The notes beneath the pieces were generated by a model. The model had not been told where the DNA came from and did no database searches. It saw only the letters and a program-made list of their open reading frames with translations. The translations under genes and the position numbers were made by a program. DNA of 64,000 nucleotides from the human T2T-CHM13v2.0 reference genome, Homo sapiens: assembly GCF_009914755.1 (NCBI RefSeq), contig NC_060928.1. One strand, written 5' to 3'. This document shows, piece by piece, positions 32,286 to 49,303 of this stretch (position 1 is the first letter of the stretch; each line of letters starts with the position of its first letter).

Positions 32286-32482
32286 TCTTATGTTATCATC
32301 TGTTTCCATCGTGGCCTGGAGTTTTCCATTCACACTGAATGTACAGAAGAGGCCGTTTTCATAGAATATGACACAATGACCCTCTCTTGAAGCCTGAATG
32401 AGTTTTGGTTTCAGGCAGTTTTCAGGACCCTCCAAGGTCCTCAACAAGTCTCCATTCATGGAATGTATGAGACATGGTCCTT
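32286..32482 (-). CDS. LRBA: LRBA coding exon (E)GPCLIHSMNGDLLRTLEGPENCLKPKLIQASREGHCVIFYENGLFCTFSVNGKLQATMETDDNIR
   Basis: ctcttcag|AAGGA ... ATAAGA|gtgagt; 197 nt, phase 1 to phase 0. Confidence 0.96.
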
Positions 32483-33482
32483 CTGAGAAGAGAGGAGAAA
32501 TAAAAGGCAAAATTATTGAATGAAAACAGACAATATGATCTGAATCTTGAGCACAGATCAAACAGGATTATAGAACCACACTATAGATGTAGAAAGCCTT
32601 TAAAAAACTTCCATCTTACGTGTAAGTTATTTTGCAAAATCTCCTCTTCATGTTTGCCAGATCTCACCTTCCACTCAGGAGAGGAGAGAAGCCAAACCAT
32701 GTAAGTCCAAGTTCACTTTCCTCAAGAGACAGGAAGTTACTCTATGAAATTCATTATGCTAACAGGCAATACAAACTGGAGGAACTGAGAAACAGGATAA
32801 GCTTCAAATTCTAGCACAGCTTCAAGGAGGCTGGGATGCAAACAAACAAGGGCTGCGGGCAGGTACACTAAGACCTCTCCCTGCACCTTGCAGGAGCCCC
32901 AACGGCCACGGCACTGTGGGCCTATGCAGGGACAGCCAGCTCAATCAGCCTCTGAGTGCCTTAGCCCTCTTCCCCCGCAACTGCTCACTACTTTTTTTAC
33001 ACTGAAAGGGGGTCCCTGGTAGTTCCTCTCAACCTCCAAAAAATTCACACAGGAACCCTTCGGCCACTTCTCCTTGGCAACTGAGTGAAGCCACCTCCCT
33101 GCTGCCTTCACAGCAAGCAGCAGCATCTACCACTCCCAACGCCTGGGTGGACCACCAGGCCAAGGTGCCAGAGAAGGACAGGCAGCTACTGGGAGCCCAC
33201 ACACAGCCAAGCTTTTTGTTTCTGTTGAGTACCTGCTGCATGCAAGGCAAAGAAGGAATAAGGAACAAAAATTGCTTGTGTGATGAGCAAGTTCCAAGAG
33301 ATAGTCAGATAACGGGGGTCACTGGGGTATGCGCCCTGCTACTCTACTGGCTAAATTACTCATGGCCACATGGAATTGTTGCCTTTTCCCCACAATGACT
33401 ATTGAAAGCTTGCCCTTTTAAAAATAAGGCTTTTAGCTCTTTCTTGACCACTCAGGTAGTTGATAAATTTTTTAAATATCCA

Positions 33483-34792
33483 CAGGCAGTGTTTGCTTTA
33501 CACAGTTCCAGCATGCATGAATTTCAGTTATCACTCCTTAAATAACACCAGCCCTCCAATAACATAGTTCAAATTTAGGTTGTCATAGTAATTGCATAAA
33601 GTATGCACTTTTGTGGCTAGCTCTTCAGTCCACAAATCACTATATAAATAACAGATGTGCATCATCATCATCAGTGACCAATCACATCACTCCTTTCAAA
33701 ATATGTCGATGACTGCTCACTGCATTATCTGTTATTCAGTTCCCACACAGACAGCAAACTGTGCAGCTGTGTTGCTTTTTTGTCTCCCAGTGATAAAGCC
33801 ATGTAACATTTCACAAAAATGGATAATCAAAAAGGGGTATTGGCCAACAAAGATGAAACTGCAGTAAAGAAATGGAAAATGATAAAACTGAAAGTACAAT
33901 TTGAATTGAATATAAATGGAATTATAGAAGAGCGAGCTGCCTGTGGGATGCTGACCCTGCTGAGACACTGTAGATATGCAGCCAGGAAGGGAATGAAGGA
34001 ACTTATCAGTGTAAGTTAGGGAAGAAGGTGTAACAAAAATGTCCCAGAATTTAAACCAGCAAAAGCCTCACATTAAAGGAATTCTAGGGAATATTTCATG
34101 ACATTGAAAGCACAAAAGATAAAATGTTAGATGCTGGTTCCAACTTAGAAAAGAGTATGACAGCTCCCCAAGGCATAGAAAAGATGCTAGCTCCTTACAT
34201 GTATATAACAAGAAGGCAGTAAGCACTGTTCAAACTACTCTTGATATGTTTTTCACAAATAAAATAATTATCAATGTATCAAATGTTTTAAATTACAGTG
34301 TATTAAGTACATGTGAGTTTTACTACTTTTTTCATGTTATATGTATAACTGAGTATGAGTTTTTAATGTTTTGACAAAATTATTCTTAGAGACAGGGTTT
34401 TGCTGTGTCACCCAGGCTGGAGTGCAGTGGCATGATCATGGCTTACTACAGCCTTCACCTCCTGCAATCCTCCCATCTCACCTTCCCAAGCAGCTGGGAC
34501 TACAGGTGTGCACCCCATGCCCAGCTAATTCTTAATTTTTTTGTAGAGATGGGGGTCTCACTATGTTGCCAGACTGGTCTTGAACTCCTGGCCTCAAATG
34601 ATCTTCCCACCTTAGCCTCCCAAAATGTTGGGATTACAGGCATGAGCCACCATGCCCAGCCTGACAAAAATTTTTAAAGACCATGGAACAATTGTAAAAT
34701 TTACCAATGATTATTCAGATCACTTTGTATGGTTTCAGTTTGCGTGCTCACTTTTACAGTTCCATACTACTGTGCAAAGAAAAGATGACCTG
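33483..34792. mobile_element. Tigger-family (Tigger8-like) DNA transposon fossil containing an AluJ
   Basis: Imperfect ~23-bp TIRs: caggcagtgtttgctttacacag versus the reverse complement of ctgtgcaaagaaaagatgacctg. Confidence 0.6.
34385..34661 (-). mobile_element. AluJ
   Basis: gagacagggttttgctgtgtcacccaggctgg...gagccaccatgcccagcc. Confidence 0.88.
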
Positions 34793-35473
34793 TAATATAT
34801 AATAGGTTCATTTTACGACTCCTGTTGGCTCAGGACGTATGAAATTATTGAGTATAAGGGAAAAATCCAGTGGTTATAGAATTCTTGCTATCATTATTAC
34901 TATTTCAATGTTTTGACCAAATTTATAAACATAATCCTTTAAATATTTAAAACACCTTATTAACTAGACTAATAAGTATTACATTTTAGGACACAGAGGA
35001 GCTGATCCAAATACTCTGTTTCCCCACCAGATAAACCCAAAAGATGTGAGATATAATACTTTGTTGTGTGTTCAGACTTCAGCTCAGAGCAGAGACAGAG
35101 AGATGGATAGACTATTATGATGGGATAAGTAAGCAACGAATTGGAAACAGCTCCATTCCTAGTCAGATCCTGATTTGTTGCATGTGCTCTAAGCTCGCTT
35201 AATATCTTGGGCCTAAATATATAATGCTGTTTCCAGCACAAACCTCCAGGCAAACCAGCTTAAGTATCTTTCTACTCCACTCTCAATGCCACTGTGGCCC
35301 CTGCCTCATTAAAACAGACAGGGTCAGGGGCTTCCATTCAGATATAAGACGGAACCTGGCCCAGTAATAGCTCAGAAGAATAAACAAATATACAAAGACG
35401 TTACTTGTTCCTGCTTCAGGGGAATATGAATATTAACAGGATATGTTTGTAAAAACATCTTAAACTCCTTAGA

Positions 35474-35672
35474 GCAGTGCTGTGAAACAGAACTTTCTAC
35501 AATGATGGAAATGATCTGTATCTGTGCTGTCCAATGTAGTGGCCACTAGCCATATGTGAGTACTGAGGACCTGCAATGTGGCTAGTGCCACGAAGAAACT
35601 TACATTTTAATTTTATTTAATTTTAAATAATTTAAATAGTTCCATATGACTAATGGCTATCATAACAGACAG
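35474..35672. mobile_element. MER3 hAT-Charlie MITE
   Basis: cagtgctgtg...agaactttctacaatgatggaaatg...ctgtccaatgtagtggccactagccatatg...aatgtggctagtg. Confidence 0.75.
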
Positions 35673-35768
35673 AAGCTTTAGAAAAAAGGTACCAAATTAA
35701 TCTTTGGTAATTTGTTTCTAGAAGACAGCAAGAAATGCATCCATTTTGTGAAGGTACCACAGGTTTAC

Positions 35769-35870
35769 CTTGTGAACCACTCAACACCAGGCCTAGCTCC
35801 GCACACACCGCAGCACATGTGACCTCATAGTCATGGCCGGTCAAAATGGCCCGAGGAGCAGCAGTCTCAC
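35769..35870 (-). CDS. LRBA: LRBA coding exon (S)ETAAPRAILTGHDYEVTCAAVCAELGLVLSGSQ
   Basis: tttcctaaag|GTGAG ... CACAAG|gtaaac; 102 nt, symmetric phase 1; WD40 GH motif. Confidence 0.96.
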
Positions 35871-37829
35871 CTTTAGGAAAAAACAGATAAAAAGAACAAA
35901 TCAATTCAATTTCATGCATATTAAATAATCAACAACTTGCTCCTAATTTCCATCATGCCTATTTAATTTATAGTTTGGGAATTTGTCCAGCAATCCTACT
36001 TTAGGACTAGATCCAAGTTACATACTATAGTTTGATTATGAGGGCCACATCCTGCTAAAATGTCAAGTAACCTTTATGTGATTATCAAGCAACAATGGTT
36101 GAAAACTCAGGGTTAAATACAACAAAATCTGCATTCCAAAATGCCTCATAAAAAATCAGCCCCTCAATTAGATGTTTTATGGTCAGATGATTATAAAATT
36201 AGGAACTTTGGCTCAATTTACATTTCAAAGAAAGGCCTCGCCCCTCCTTCCTCCTTCCTCATCCTTTGTGGGCCGCTGAAACCCATCATAATGAAGACAG
36301 TCTGAACTAGACTTCTGCTACCCCCACAGTAATTCTGCAGCCCCTCTCTTAAATATGTATTCTCTCTACTAAGCTTATGTATTTTTCTGATATATAAATT
36401 TCATGGATATATTTCTCTGTGGTTCATTCAAATAACCGAAAAAAAACCCAATATAAGAAACACCTAAAAAAAACCAAACCCTTACAGATAAGTCTACAGA
36501 TAGTGATTGAAAATGAGGGGCGGTGGGTAGAGAAGGGGGGACAGAGGAGGAGTATCCAAAAACTGGCAGATATTGCCGAATACTTTCACAACTTGAAAGA
36601 ACAAGTCATCCTGTATGTCTGTCCCAAACTAAAAAGAAAACGTATGGTTGGTCGGTTGGTTGGTTAATAAGGAACCCATCATGACTAAGTAAAATGGTAA
36701 TGGTCTTGATTTGTGGATGGGTTCGTGCCAAGCCACAAGGATAAACTGGATTCCATGTCTAGCCTGAAGAATATGATTTGAAGACTAAACGGATCCTTTA
36801 CTTTTATAGTCTCTAAAGGTAAAGATACAAAAAGTCTTTCCAAGTGGAGAGCAGGATTCTATTAGCATTCCCGATTTCTTGATTTGGATTGGTTTTATAG
36901 TATGCTTGATAACTAACACTGTGTAATCCAGAAGAGACAAATGTGCCCACAGAGTAAGTGGCTACCACCAGCTATGGAACTCTGTGGAAGAGAATCGCTT
37001 GTATCTTAACCCCAGACACCTGACTATCCTTGGAGCAGTCACCCACTCAGAGGAAGGAAGTCCAGCAGCTCAGGGGAAACCCACTGGAAACCTACTGTAC
37101 TTGGAAAGGCAAATGCTGCTGTCAGAAAACTAACCCGGCTTCCAAAGCAAGGGTTCTTCCAGTAGGTCACTGGGTTATTTGAAATTTTATGCAAAATGTA
37201 TCTACATGCCTGTTTTTCTAGGTAGCAGGGGAGGAAAATAAGTTTTACTGAATGGACAGAGGTCCATGAACAAGAAAAGGTGAGAGGCTTCTACCCTGAA
37301 GGGAGGTCTGGTCTCTGTGCTTGTAGCCCCACTTCACCTGGAGCCAGCAGTCACTTCAGGTCTAGCTTTTCACAGGACAGTTCCAATGCATGTACCAGAG
37401 TACATAATGCACGGCCATGTCCCTACAATGTCCTTCAAGGCTTTGGTGACTGTAGGTAATTCTGAGTGAGACTTAAGTTGAAGGAATGCCACACGGAACT
37501 TTGCACCACACTGGCGTGCTATGTGCAGCCAGCTGCTGGACCTAGCCTACAGGCTTAGTGATAAAGGGAGACCAAAAATAACATACAAAGAGGCAAGGGG
37601 GTAGGCAGAACAAGGGGCTTCGTTTCATTTGATTCCAAGTTTTAACACTTCTTTGGGAGGCAAACTTACCTTAATTAGAAAGTTGACATTTCCCAAGCCA
37701 CAAAGAATTTGTCACAAGAGCAATTTTGTTTCTTACAAAGTCCAGAAATTTGGGAAAATTTTAAAGAAATAAAGCAAATAATGTAAGCCAATCTGAACTA
37801 CTTAAGCTTCTGTTAGGATCCACAAATTT

Positions 37830-38542
<713 letters not shown>

Positions 38543-40790
38543 CTAATTAGATCCATTGGCAACTTTTTTTTTTTTACCAGCAATTAAAATCACTAAGATC
38601 TAAGGAATATATTTTTGGTGTGATTGTTCTTTTTTTTTTTTTTTTTTCTTAAGTTACCATTTCATGGATGGTGAAATTTGTGTTTTAACTTGAATTGTCT
38701 TGGAATTCCTCAGTGGAAAGTGAAGGTTTGAAGGAAAGCTGATGGCAAATGAAGGCATTCTAAGTATAAGACAAAGTAAACAAAGGACAGATAGATAATG
38801 GTGGTCCCAGAGGATGATGTCACTTAAGAACATCAATGCTAACTTTTTGTTTTCTTGGGAGCATGGTGGAAGAAGGGAGAGGATTGCTGTCAATTTTCTT
38901 TCTTTCTTTAATGTAAAAGAGTTGAAATACTGAGCATTTTCTATGACTACAAAGTTAAGAGTTTAGGAAGCCTCGTGATTAACTCCAGAAGGTGGGTTAA
39001 GATATAAGCATTATTTTTTTTGTAAACTCGTAAGATTTTTATCATTATGCTTTGTTTACAAAATACTAGTTTCCAATAATCCAAACTTCATTAAATCATT
39101 TTTCACTCCACAGATCAGAACACACACACATGCAGAGTAATTTCAAAACTGAAAAAGGATTTCTTCTTTTCCTAGGGCCTGATCTCTAAATAAGGAACTA
39201 TTCAATGCTAGGACTTTGGCTTCAAAGTTTGGCAAAATGTTTGCTAATCCCGGAAGCAGGTTAGACAGTTCAGGAAATACAAAAGAGAGAGAGAGAAAAA
39301 AAGAAAAAGAAATTAAAAGCATAAGGGTAGACTTATGATCATTAGGTTCTCAGGTAACCAGTTTTACAGTCACTGGATTTCCAGTAAAAAGACAGCGCTA
39401 CTTAACTTTCCTCACCTATAGGAAATGTACATTACTGGCCTCTATAAACCTACATACATCAATATAAGGAGAGATATGTCATTTCCTCTAAGAAAAGCTG
39501 TTTCCAATCTTCTTTAAAGATTGTATTCCCTTTATTATCTGCTGTACAGATTGAGCATTCTTTACATTTTCTCCTCATCAAAAAGTACATTCAAAATAAA
39601 TACCTACTACTTGATTTTTATAAGTTTTATAATAAAGAGCTTGAAATAGTTACACTTCAATATAGCAGATATATGATATGGGATTTAAATCTAACAGGTC
39701 AAAACTGTTTAAGTTCAATGGACATTTTGGGAACCACTTGCAATGAAATTACTGAGGGTAGCGGGGATAATCGGAGGCAGAGCAGAGGCTTTACATGTGG
39801 CTCACAGAATCGATCTTTTTATGTCTCTGTAGTTACACTGTATACATCATCCTGGATCACAGCAGAGCCAAAGTGACAACATCCCACAGAAAGGAAAGGC
39901 AAAATCCCTCCATATCTGTGTACATTTCTGTTTGGAAAGCCTAGAAACAAAATCTTGGAACCATATAACTCATTCTCACTGCAGTGTTCTCAGAAATCTG
40001 CCCCTCCCAACTACTTGTCAGCCCACATAGTTAATACCCAGGGAGAAATAATCAGCTCAAACAAGATGATTCTGGCCATATGTTACTTTTCAAAGATGCC
40101 AAAACTATCAATAATCTCTCATTGAAGTCTCTAAACCAAACGAAGAACAAGAAAAAAAAATCTTCTGAAAAATATCAAGTTAATTCTTCTGATAAAAATT
40201 TGCAATAGTTAAGGGATACAAAAAGTCTTTACCTTTGCTTTCTGAGATAGTAGGATCTCCCAAAGGCTAGACCATAAAGCAGAACAGATTCCCTTAAGAA
40301 CCTTTTAAAGTCTTACTGCTTGAAAAATTGTCATGGCCTTCAATAATGCTGAGAGAAAAATTTATCTTGCTGCTAGTTTAAGGGACTACATTTCAAACTC
40401 TTCTTAAAGAAAAATAAAAAGAGAAAGAGGACAGACTTCTAGGACTGCTTTGAAAAGCTTGAGCAATTACTTCAAAGGAAAGGGTGTCTTTGTCCAGAGA
40501 GCACGTTTATGACTACTGATGCAAATCCTAACCAAAGGCTGAAAAGGATACCCAGTGCATCTTTATGGATGGCCTTAAAGGAAGATGAACAAGTCAAATG
40601 AGATTAAAGACAGCCCAAATTCTGCTGCAAATACCAGGGCACATCAGGTTTTACAGAGGCACTTCTCTCAGTACGTAATACTAGATATCAATACCAACTT
40701 ACAGAGACAACTATAACAACCTAACTTGCATTTAAGCAACACAAGATCTCTATACTAACCACTTAGCATTTATATTGGACTTATGTTTTA

Positions 40791-41858
<1,068 letters not shown>

Positions 41859-43549
41859 TGGACTTATGTTTTAAAACATTAGGTGAAATATTTTAACACC
41901 ACTTGGCAGAATAGCAAACGTTTTCATTAGTTGTGTTTCTTTGGTGCCCTCGCAACATTAAGTATATTTATCAAACAGACTCCGAACCACTTAAAATTAC
42001 ACCTGAAAGAAGAGAAAAGAGGAATTTCTCTAGTATCTTGCTCATAAATATCCAGTGAGAAGAATATTTCATAAGGCCTATATCCATTTAGGAAAACAGG
42101 TGACAATCCAGGTACAAATAGATCTGACATGTATTTTCTGGCAAACTTGTAGTTACTTTATAAAAAGTGAATGAAGTTCTTGGTGTTTTGGCGTCATCTC
42201 CTTACTCTTATGAAAATCAGATCACTTTGAAATGCAGTATAACGTTTTCACTTGTAGGTTAAATATGTTGTTATTAGCAGAGTGAATCCTCTTCATTCCA
42301 TTTTCTCAATACCATCTATTAGGAAATGAAGCGGGATTAAACATTTTCCTATTCCTAGTTTTGTACAACTAAAATTATTTCTTCCAATTGATACTTAGTT
42401 TAGATGACTCCTGGCTGGGCCAGAAAATCACATATCCCACTTGTTCACCCATTCATTCCTTCACTCCTTCATTCACTTAATAATATTTATTGAGTTTGTA
42501 TTCTTAAGATATGTGAGGTACTATGGAAATAAGGAAAGGAGTAAAACACAGCCTTTTATTTAAAAATAACTTGATTTTAAAGGATCATTGGATCTGGTTT
42601 TGTCAACTGTACTATAAACCTGCAAATTATAATTATAAATATCTATGCTTGTAAAGGTCAACATAATAGTACTGAAGTCCATACCACTTGTAACAACTAA
42701 TTTTGTATGCAAAATCAATATTTAACAATAATTAACATGCTTAAAGACCACCAATATAATTTTCTTCATTAGTAAAAATGTATCATCTGAACTTTTATAG
42801 AGGAAAATCAAAATATAAAACCTGGCTTTATAAAAAAAGTAATAATTTCAATAGAAAACAAATTAAGAAATAAAATATATTTGTTTAAAAAGCCCAAATA
42901 CATAATGAACTTATTAGGCATATAGATTATAGATAAAAAACAAAAATATATTATACAATATATGCCAGTCATTTCCTAAAGACGGATACCTCTATTTTAC
43001 ATGTGCCTTTTGTACCATTTAGTTACAATTGATTACTACAAAACATTCATGTGAAAACTGAATACTAAGCTTTCTCATGCGGCTCACCATAATGGTAAAT
43101 CAAGAAAGGAAATGGCTTTGCTAAAGCGGAAATGAGCTTAGATATTAAATGTTTCTTAAACCTTTTCCATTAACTTCCTAGTTTTACAATGGAAATTATA
43201 CTGCATTTTAATTATGCTTAGAAAAACTACTTGAAATTTGTCCTATACATTTCATCTTCACCAAATCTTTTCCCTTCCCCTATTCATCATGGTCTCTTTG
43301 GTGAAAAATCACAATTTGATTAGACATATAGACTATAGATGATAAGCCATAGCTGCATTTAGAGTACAACAACCATCAGACAGGAAATTTTAGTAGCAAC
43401 TTCTTGTAAATAATATTAGAAGTATTAATGCAAGACAAGATAATGTTGGTACAAAGAACAACTGTAAGTCCTTGGTATATAACATTTCTCCTCTTCTCTC
43501 TATGATACATATAAATGTTGGTAACACGGGAATCACCCTCTAAGACTAA

Positions 43550-43976
43550 GGTTGACCCTTGAACAACATAGGTTTGAACTGTATGGGTCTACTCATTTGT
43601 GGATTTTCTTCTGCCTCTGCCATTGAGACAGCAAGACCAGCCCTCTGCTTCCTCAGTCTACTCGGTGTGAAGACAACGAGGATGAAGATCTTTATGATGA
43701 TCTACTTCCACTTAATGCATAGTAAATATATTTTCTCCTTACGATTTTCTTAATAACATTTTCTTTTCTCTAGCTTACTTTATTATAAGAACACAGTATA
43801 TGATACATATAACATACAAAATATGTGTTAACCAACTTTATGTTATCAGTAAGGCTTCCAAGTCAACAGTAAGCTATCAGTAGTTAAGTTTCTGGGGAGT
43901 CAAAAGTTATATGCATGTTTCTGACGGTGTGGGGGGTTGGCACCCCAACTCCTGTGTTGTTCAAAAGTCAACTGTA
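43550..43976. mobile_element. Tigger2a-like MITE
   Basis: TIRs gttgacccttgaacaaca ... tgttgttcaaaagtcaactg followed by TA. Confidence 0.8.
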
Positions 43977-44194
43977 CATTAGAAAATGGGTTTATATGAG
44001 TGTGTACCTGCAAGTGTATACTTAAAAGTATACCCCTTAAATGTATATTTGAAAAATACAAAATCTTACCATGACATGTACTGTCATAAGAACTCAGTAT
44101 AATACAGTTGTCTTTTTGTGTCTCTCGCAAATACTAAGAATGCTTTAGTGATAGGATTGCATCAACTTCTCTATAGCTGATATTCTAATTAAAT

Positions 44195-44480
44195 GTATAG
44201 TTTAGATAACTCTGACCTAGACTGCCTGAGTTTAAATCTAGGCTCCAGCACTTGCTAGCTATGTGAGCTCCCTTGGGCAAGTTTCCATAATTCTAGTAAG
44301 GAGATCCTAAAAGTGTCAAGGCCCAGGGCAGAAAGTAAAGGCATATTTATAATTTCTCCATGCCTCATCTATAAGTCAAGGATACTAACAGTAGATATCA
44401 CACAGGGCTACTGTGAAGATTAATGAGTTAATATGTAAAGCACTCAGGATGGTGCCTGGCATGTAGTGAGCACCCATTAG
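44195..44480 (+). mobile_element. MIR fragment
   Basis: agactgcctgagtttaaatctaggctccagcacttgctagctatgtga...ttgggcaagtt...tgtaaagcactcag...gtgcctggcatgtagtgagcac. Confidence 0.7.
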
Positions 44481-44800
<320 letters not shown>

Positions 44801-45030
44801 AGTAGTAGTAGTAGCAACAGAATGATCCCTTTTTTCACTCTGTTATAAACACTCCTTTCATTGAAAGTATATTTCATCCTATGCTGCATAAAAGCTAATT
44901 AGAGATGGTTCTCTCCTTGATAATTCATATAAATTCTGATACAACTACTAATATTTGGCAGCCTAGAGGCTAACAGTGGGGAGTGAAGGTACAGTACAGT
45001 AATTTGGTGCATTCCCCAAATTAAAATAGC

Positions 45031-45327
45031 TTTTTTTTTTTTTTTTTTTTAAGACAGGGTCTCACTCTGTTGCCCAGGCTGGAGTGCAATGGTGCAACCA
45101 CAGATCACTGCAGCCTTGACCTCCCTGGGCTAAGGTGGTCCTCCCACTTCAGCCTCCTGAGTAGCTGGGACTACAGGCACCACACCCAGCTAATTTTTTT
45201 TACTTCTTGTAGAGACAGCGTCTCCCTATGTTGCCCATGCTGGTTTTGAACTCCTGGGCTCAAACAATACCCTTGTCTTGGCCTCCCAAAATGCTAGGAT
45301 TATAGGCATGAGCCACTGTGCCCGGCC
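45031..45327 (-). mobile_element. AluJ
   Basis: T20 tract followed by a reverse-complement Alu ending gagccactgtgcccggcc. Confidence 0.9.
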
Positions 45328-48300
45328 TAAAGTATCTTTATTGTCTCTGATTATCAAGGTAGTACATGCTCATTATAAAACATTCAGATACTTCAGTAAA
45401 GTATGATGAAGAAAATGAAAAATTGCTTCCAAATCCCACTACCTATAAATAAATGTTGCTAATATATGTCTTGTGATCATTTCATACTTTTTCTATGCAT
45501 AAATGTACATAGAATACAAGTGTATACACATATAGGCATAGGTACTTATATATGTAGCTTCGTGATCTTTTACACTTAGCAATACAAAGAGTGTATCCCT
45601 CCATGTCAATATTACAAATTTATAGTATCTTTGTTAATGCCTGTACAGGACTTCATTACATGGACATATCATTACTATACTTAACTAATGTGCTTCTTTT
45701 TTCCTACTTGCTTGAGACTTCATTTGTTGTTTTCCCATGGAGGGGCTTGGTCTTTGGTTCTAGGTAAGCTATGGCTCCTGTAGCTGCATATGAGTGTCTG
45801 GTAACATAAACATGGTAAAATTCTACCCCCCAAAAAGAAAACAGGTAGAAAATTTGCTGAAGTGAAATCTTATTCAGATTTGTTGCAATGCAACATTGTC
45901 TGATTTTTATGAATATAAATTAAAACTGAAAATTGGTTTTATCTATTTATCCTAAATACCCAAATTATTTAAAATTCTTTATAATACATCCTCCTTAACA
46001 TTTTTAATGTTCTTTTGTTAAAAATACGTAAGTAAGGGACTCTGAAAACTATAGAGGAGTTTCATATCTTTAGCTATTAAACACTCCTGACCCCACTCAC
46101 CCAAAGGAAATAAGGCAGTCTCTCAGTTGTGCAAAGTTACAAGCTACAAGAATGAAAGCTTAAAAAGCTCAACAGTCATGCAGCCTTAAGCCACAAAAGG
46201 CAGAAACAATTCAGAGAATTTTTTTCCTATATAAAAACACTTCAAATCCAAAATCTGAAGTCTTATCAAACACATTCATTTTCTCACTTGAATGTGAAAA
46301 AAATTACTGTTAAAAAATTACCAGATAAATGAAATGTAATGATATACTTAGATAATGGCCCTGTTAAAAGACCAAGAAAATCAATTTTTAAAAATTTGTT
46401 AACACTTATAAACTTCTGCTCTGTAAAGCGATATAAATGAGCATAGCACATAAAAATTGAGGTAACTAGAAAAAATAGGGTTTAACTGTTGCTTCGTAAA
46501 AAAAAAATCAGAGATTTAAATATTGAATTTCATATAAAAATGGTTATCTTTTCATAAATTATCAGTAATATCTAGAGTAAAATGTGAGTTACATAGGCAC
46601 AAAGCTGTCGTAGAATTTCTCTTACGAAATGAGCGTTTTTGGAAGGTAGTAAAGTCAGTCTACTATGTTGTTCCAGGAAGCTTTAATTAAGTGTATCCTT
46701 GGTAGTTCTACCAATAATGTTATGGACCACCCCCCCGTGCCCACCCCCACCGCCGGCACAGAGTTCTGCAATATTTTAAAAGCAGAAGAATCCTACGTTT
46801 AGTTGACTAGAAGGAATTTTTACTTTCTTAGACTAATGCCAACTATTGTTTGAAATTAAATTTCCCATATGAGCATAAAGTGTCAAGACAACTTTCTTTG
46901 GCATGGCACTATTAAAAAGGTCTACATATGAAGATACTCAATCTGAGGGTATAAATCATCAATTCTTCTGTTCTCATATGGCTATAACCTATGGGCTGAA
47001 TGGTACAGTCATTTTTCTCTGCAACCAAACAAGGTAAATAAATGTGATATATTGGCATATCACCCCACCACTCTGCATATGGTGCACATTAAGGTTGTAT
47101 TCATTTGCCATATGAATATAATTCCTTTTTACCACATCTACTATTAGTTACAAGCAGTAAATACAGAGTTGTTTTGCTGGAACTTGAGGGCCTGCATTGC
47201 ATCATGGAGCACTAAACATCCTGGACCTTCTGGAGAATTTCATAGACATACTTTTAATGTCACCTGAACTTGAACACTGCCAACATACCATTTGAAAACG
47301 CTTCTTGATAAATGCTTCAAGGAAAAAATAAAAATACAGGGTAGCTGTAGTGTGACAGTACATTCCAAATGCAGGCCCAGAAGGGAAGGTCTTGATGAGA
47401 CACACACAAGAACTCTTGTTCCTGACAAAGGATCAGATCAAGAGTCATATCCAGGTATAAAATGGTTTCTTGTTTCAAGCATTACTTTCTTATTCAGAAT
47501 CTAGTGAACATAAGGAACCTAAACATAAAATACCATCCAAATAACTTCCTCAACGGTAACTTATTGAAGAGCTGTGATCAAGAAGCTAACAAGTTTATTT
47601 CATCACCAACTGTGGTGCTTTGTTTCATTAGGCAAATATTGTGCTTGCTTTTTCCTTACACAAAATATTTATCGTACAGTTGCAAATCCAGGTTAGGGTA
47701 GGGTAAAAGGAGGAGTAAAGTGATTTCTTTTTAAGAACTCATATGGTTCAACACAAATGTACATACCTTGACATTTGTGACCCTTAAATAATATATCACA
47801 GGCAATTAAAAACAAAGTACACCTGTCTTAACCAAGTACCAATTTTCATGTTTCCCAACATTAAGTCCCCAAATGCATCCAGCAGATGGTGCTCTAGGAC
47901 ACCTACTTACAGAGAGTAATATTGTTTATATTACATCCACCTAAATTTTGGCAAGACAAAGAATAAGAATTTATCAGTAGCTTCAGTAAAACATACTAGG
48001 CTTCACAATAAAAAGGACATAATTCCTAAATATGTGTACAAAAATATGCATACACATAAGCACATGTGCACAGAGGCAGCCAGTAAATAATTCACACCTG
48101 GACATGTTATGATACTACTTTTCTTACAGACTTGATGAGTAGTCTATGTGTATCAGTAGTATTTATAGTCACATGGCAAGATCATTCTAAATTCATTAAA
48201 AAAAATTTAGAATGCCTTAAAGTTAGAATTCATTTTTAATTATAGCAGGAATGTCTCATTAGGGTGATACTAGTAAAATTAACAACAGTAGGATTTACGG

Positions 48301-49303
48301 TAATGACTTAAGTGATTGATGAGCGTATAACAAAATGAAGTTTTAGACAGAGAAAAAGCAGGGCAGCTATGGCATACAGTACTTTAAAAAACAGCTCTGT
48401 GGTCTGTTAGTGCTAGCCTTATGGTTAATAAAACCTTCTTTCTAATTAACGGTGCTGAAATATTCTTAAAGAACAGAATCTTGTTGTTATGAAGAAAAGT
48501 TAGGTTTTTTTCTCAGTAGACGCCAATCCCATAAAGGAGAAAGCTGACATAGATTAGCATGTCTGATTGCAATGAGGAAAAGAAAAAAAATGCCACCTTT
48601 CAATCAAATCAAAACCAGAATGCGAGAATGGAAAATGTATTACTGAAATACTACACACACAAATCTGTGCAACACCCTCACAGTTAGCAACCATTTGCTT
48701 CTGAAGCTGATCGAATGTGGCTTTAAAAGATATTATTCAGATATCTAAAAATACCTAATAAACATTTAATTTTTTAAATCCATGTTTATGAATATAAAAG
48801 TGAATAAATAATAACTGTTTTGTATATATTCATCTTGCTTATCTAAATAAGATCATGTCAAAGTTTAAAGTATTTATTTATCAATGGAATGCACTGGGGA
48901 ACATTTTCTCCAAAATTTAAAAATGTACAGTCTGGAGAGCATTATTCTGAAGGTGAAATAACTATCTCAGGAAAAGCACTTTGGTGACAAGGCTCAGTCC
49001 TAAAACACAGAGTACTAGGACAAGGAGAGAGAGATGCCATGCTTTCATGTACAAAACATCTCTCAGTGAAATATTCTTGGTTAATTTCATTTTTTAAATC
49101 CCTAATTAAATGGAATCCTATATTCATTTTTCTTCTCATTGAAAAAACTGCATTCCACAGGAGATAATTATTACAAAACAATAGAGTCAAAGATGAAAAA
49201 CTATCTGGTATACAGGAAAATAAGCCTTTTGCTATGTAGTCTAGGCAGGCTTCATAAAACATTTACACTTTTTAAAGCCCCAAATTACAGTATTTATAGG
49301 TTT

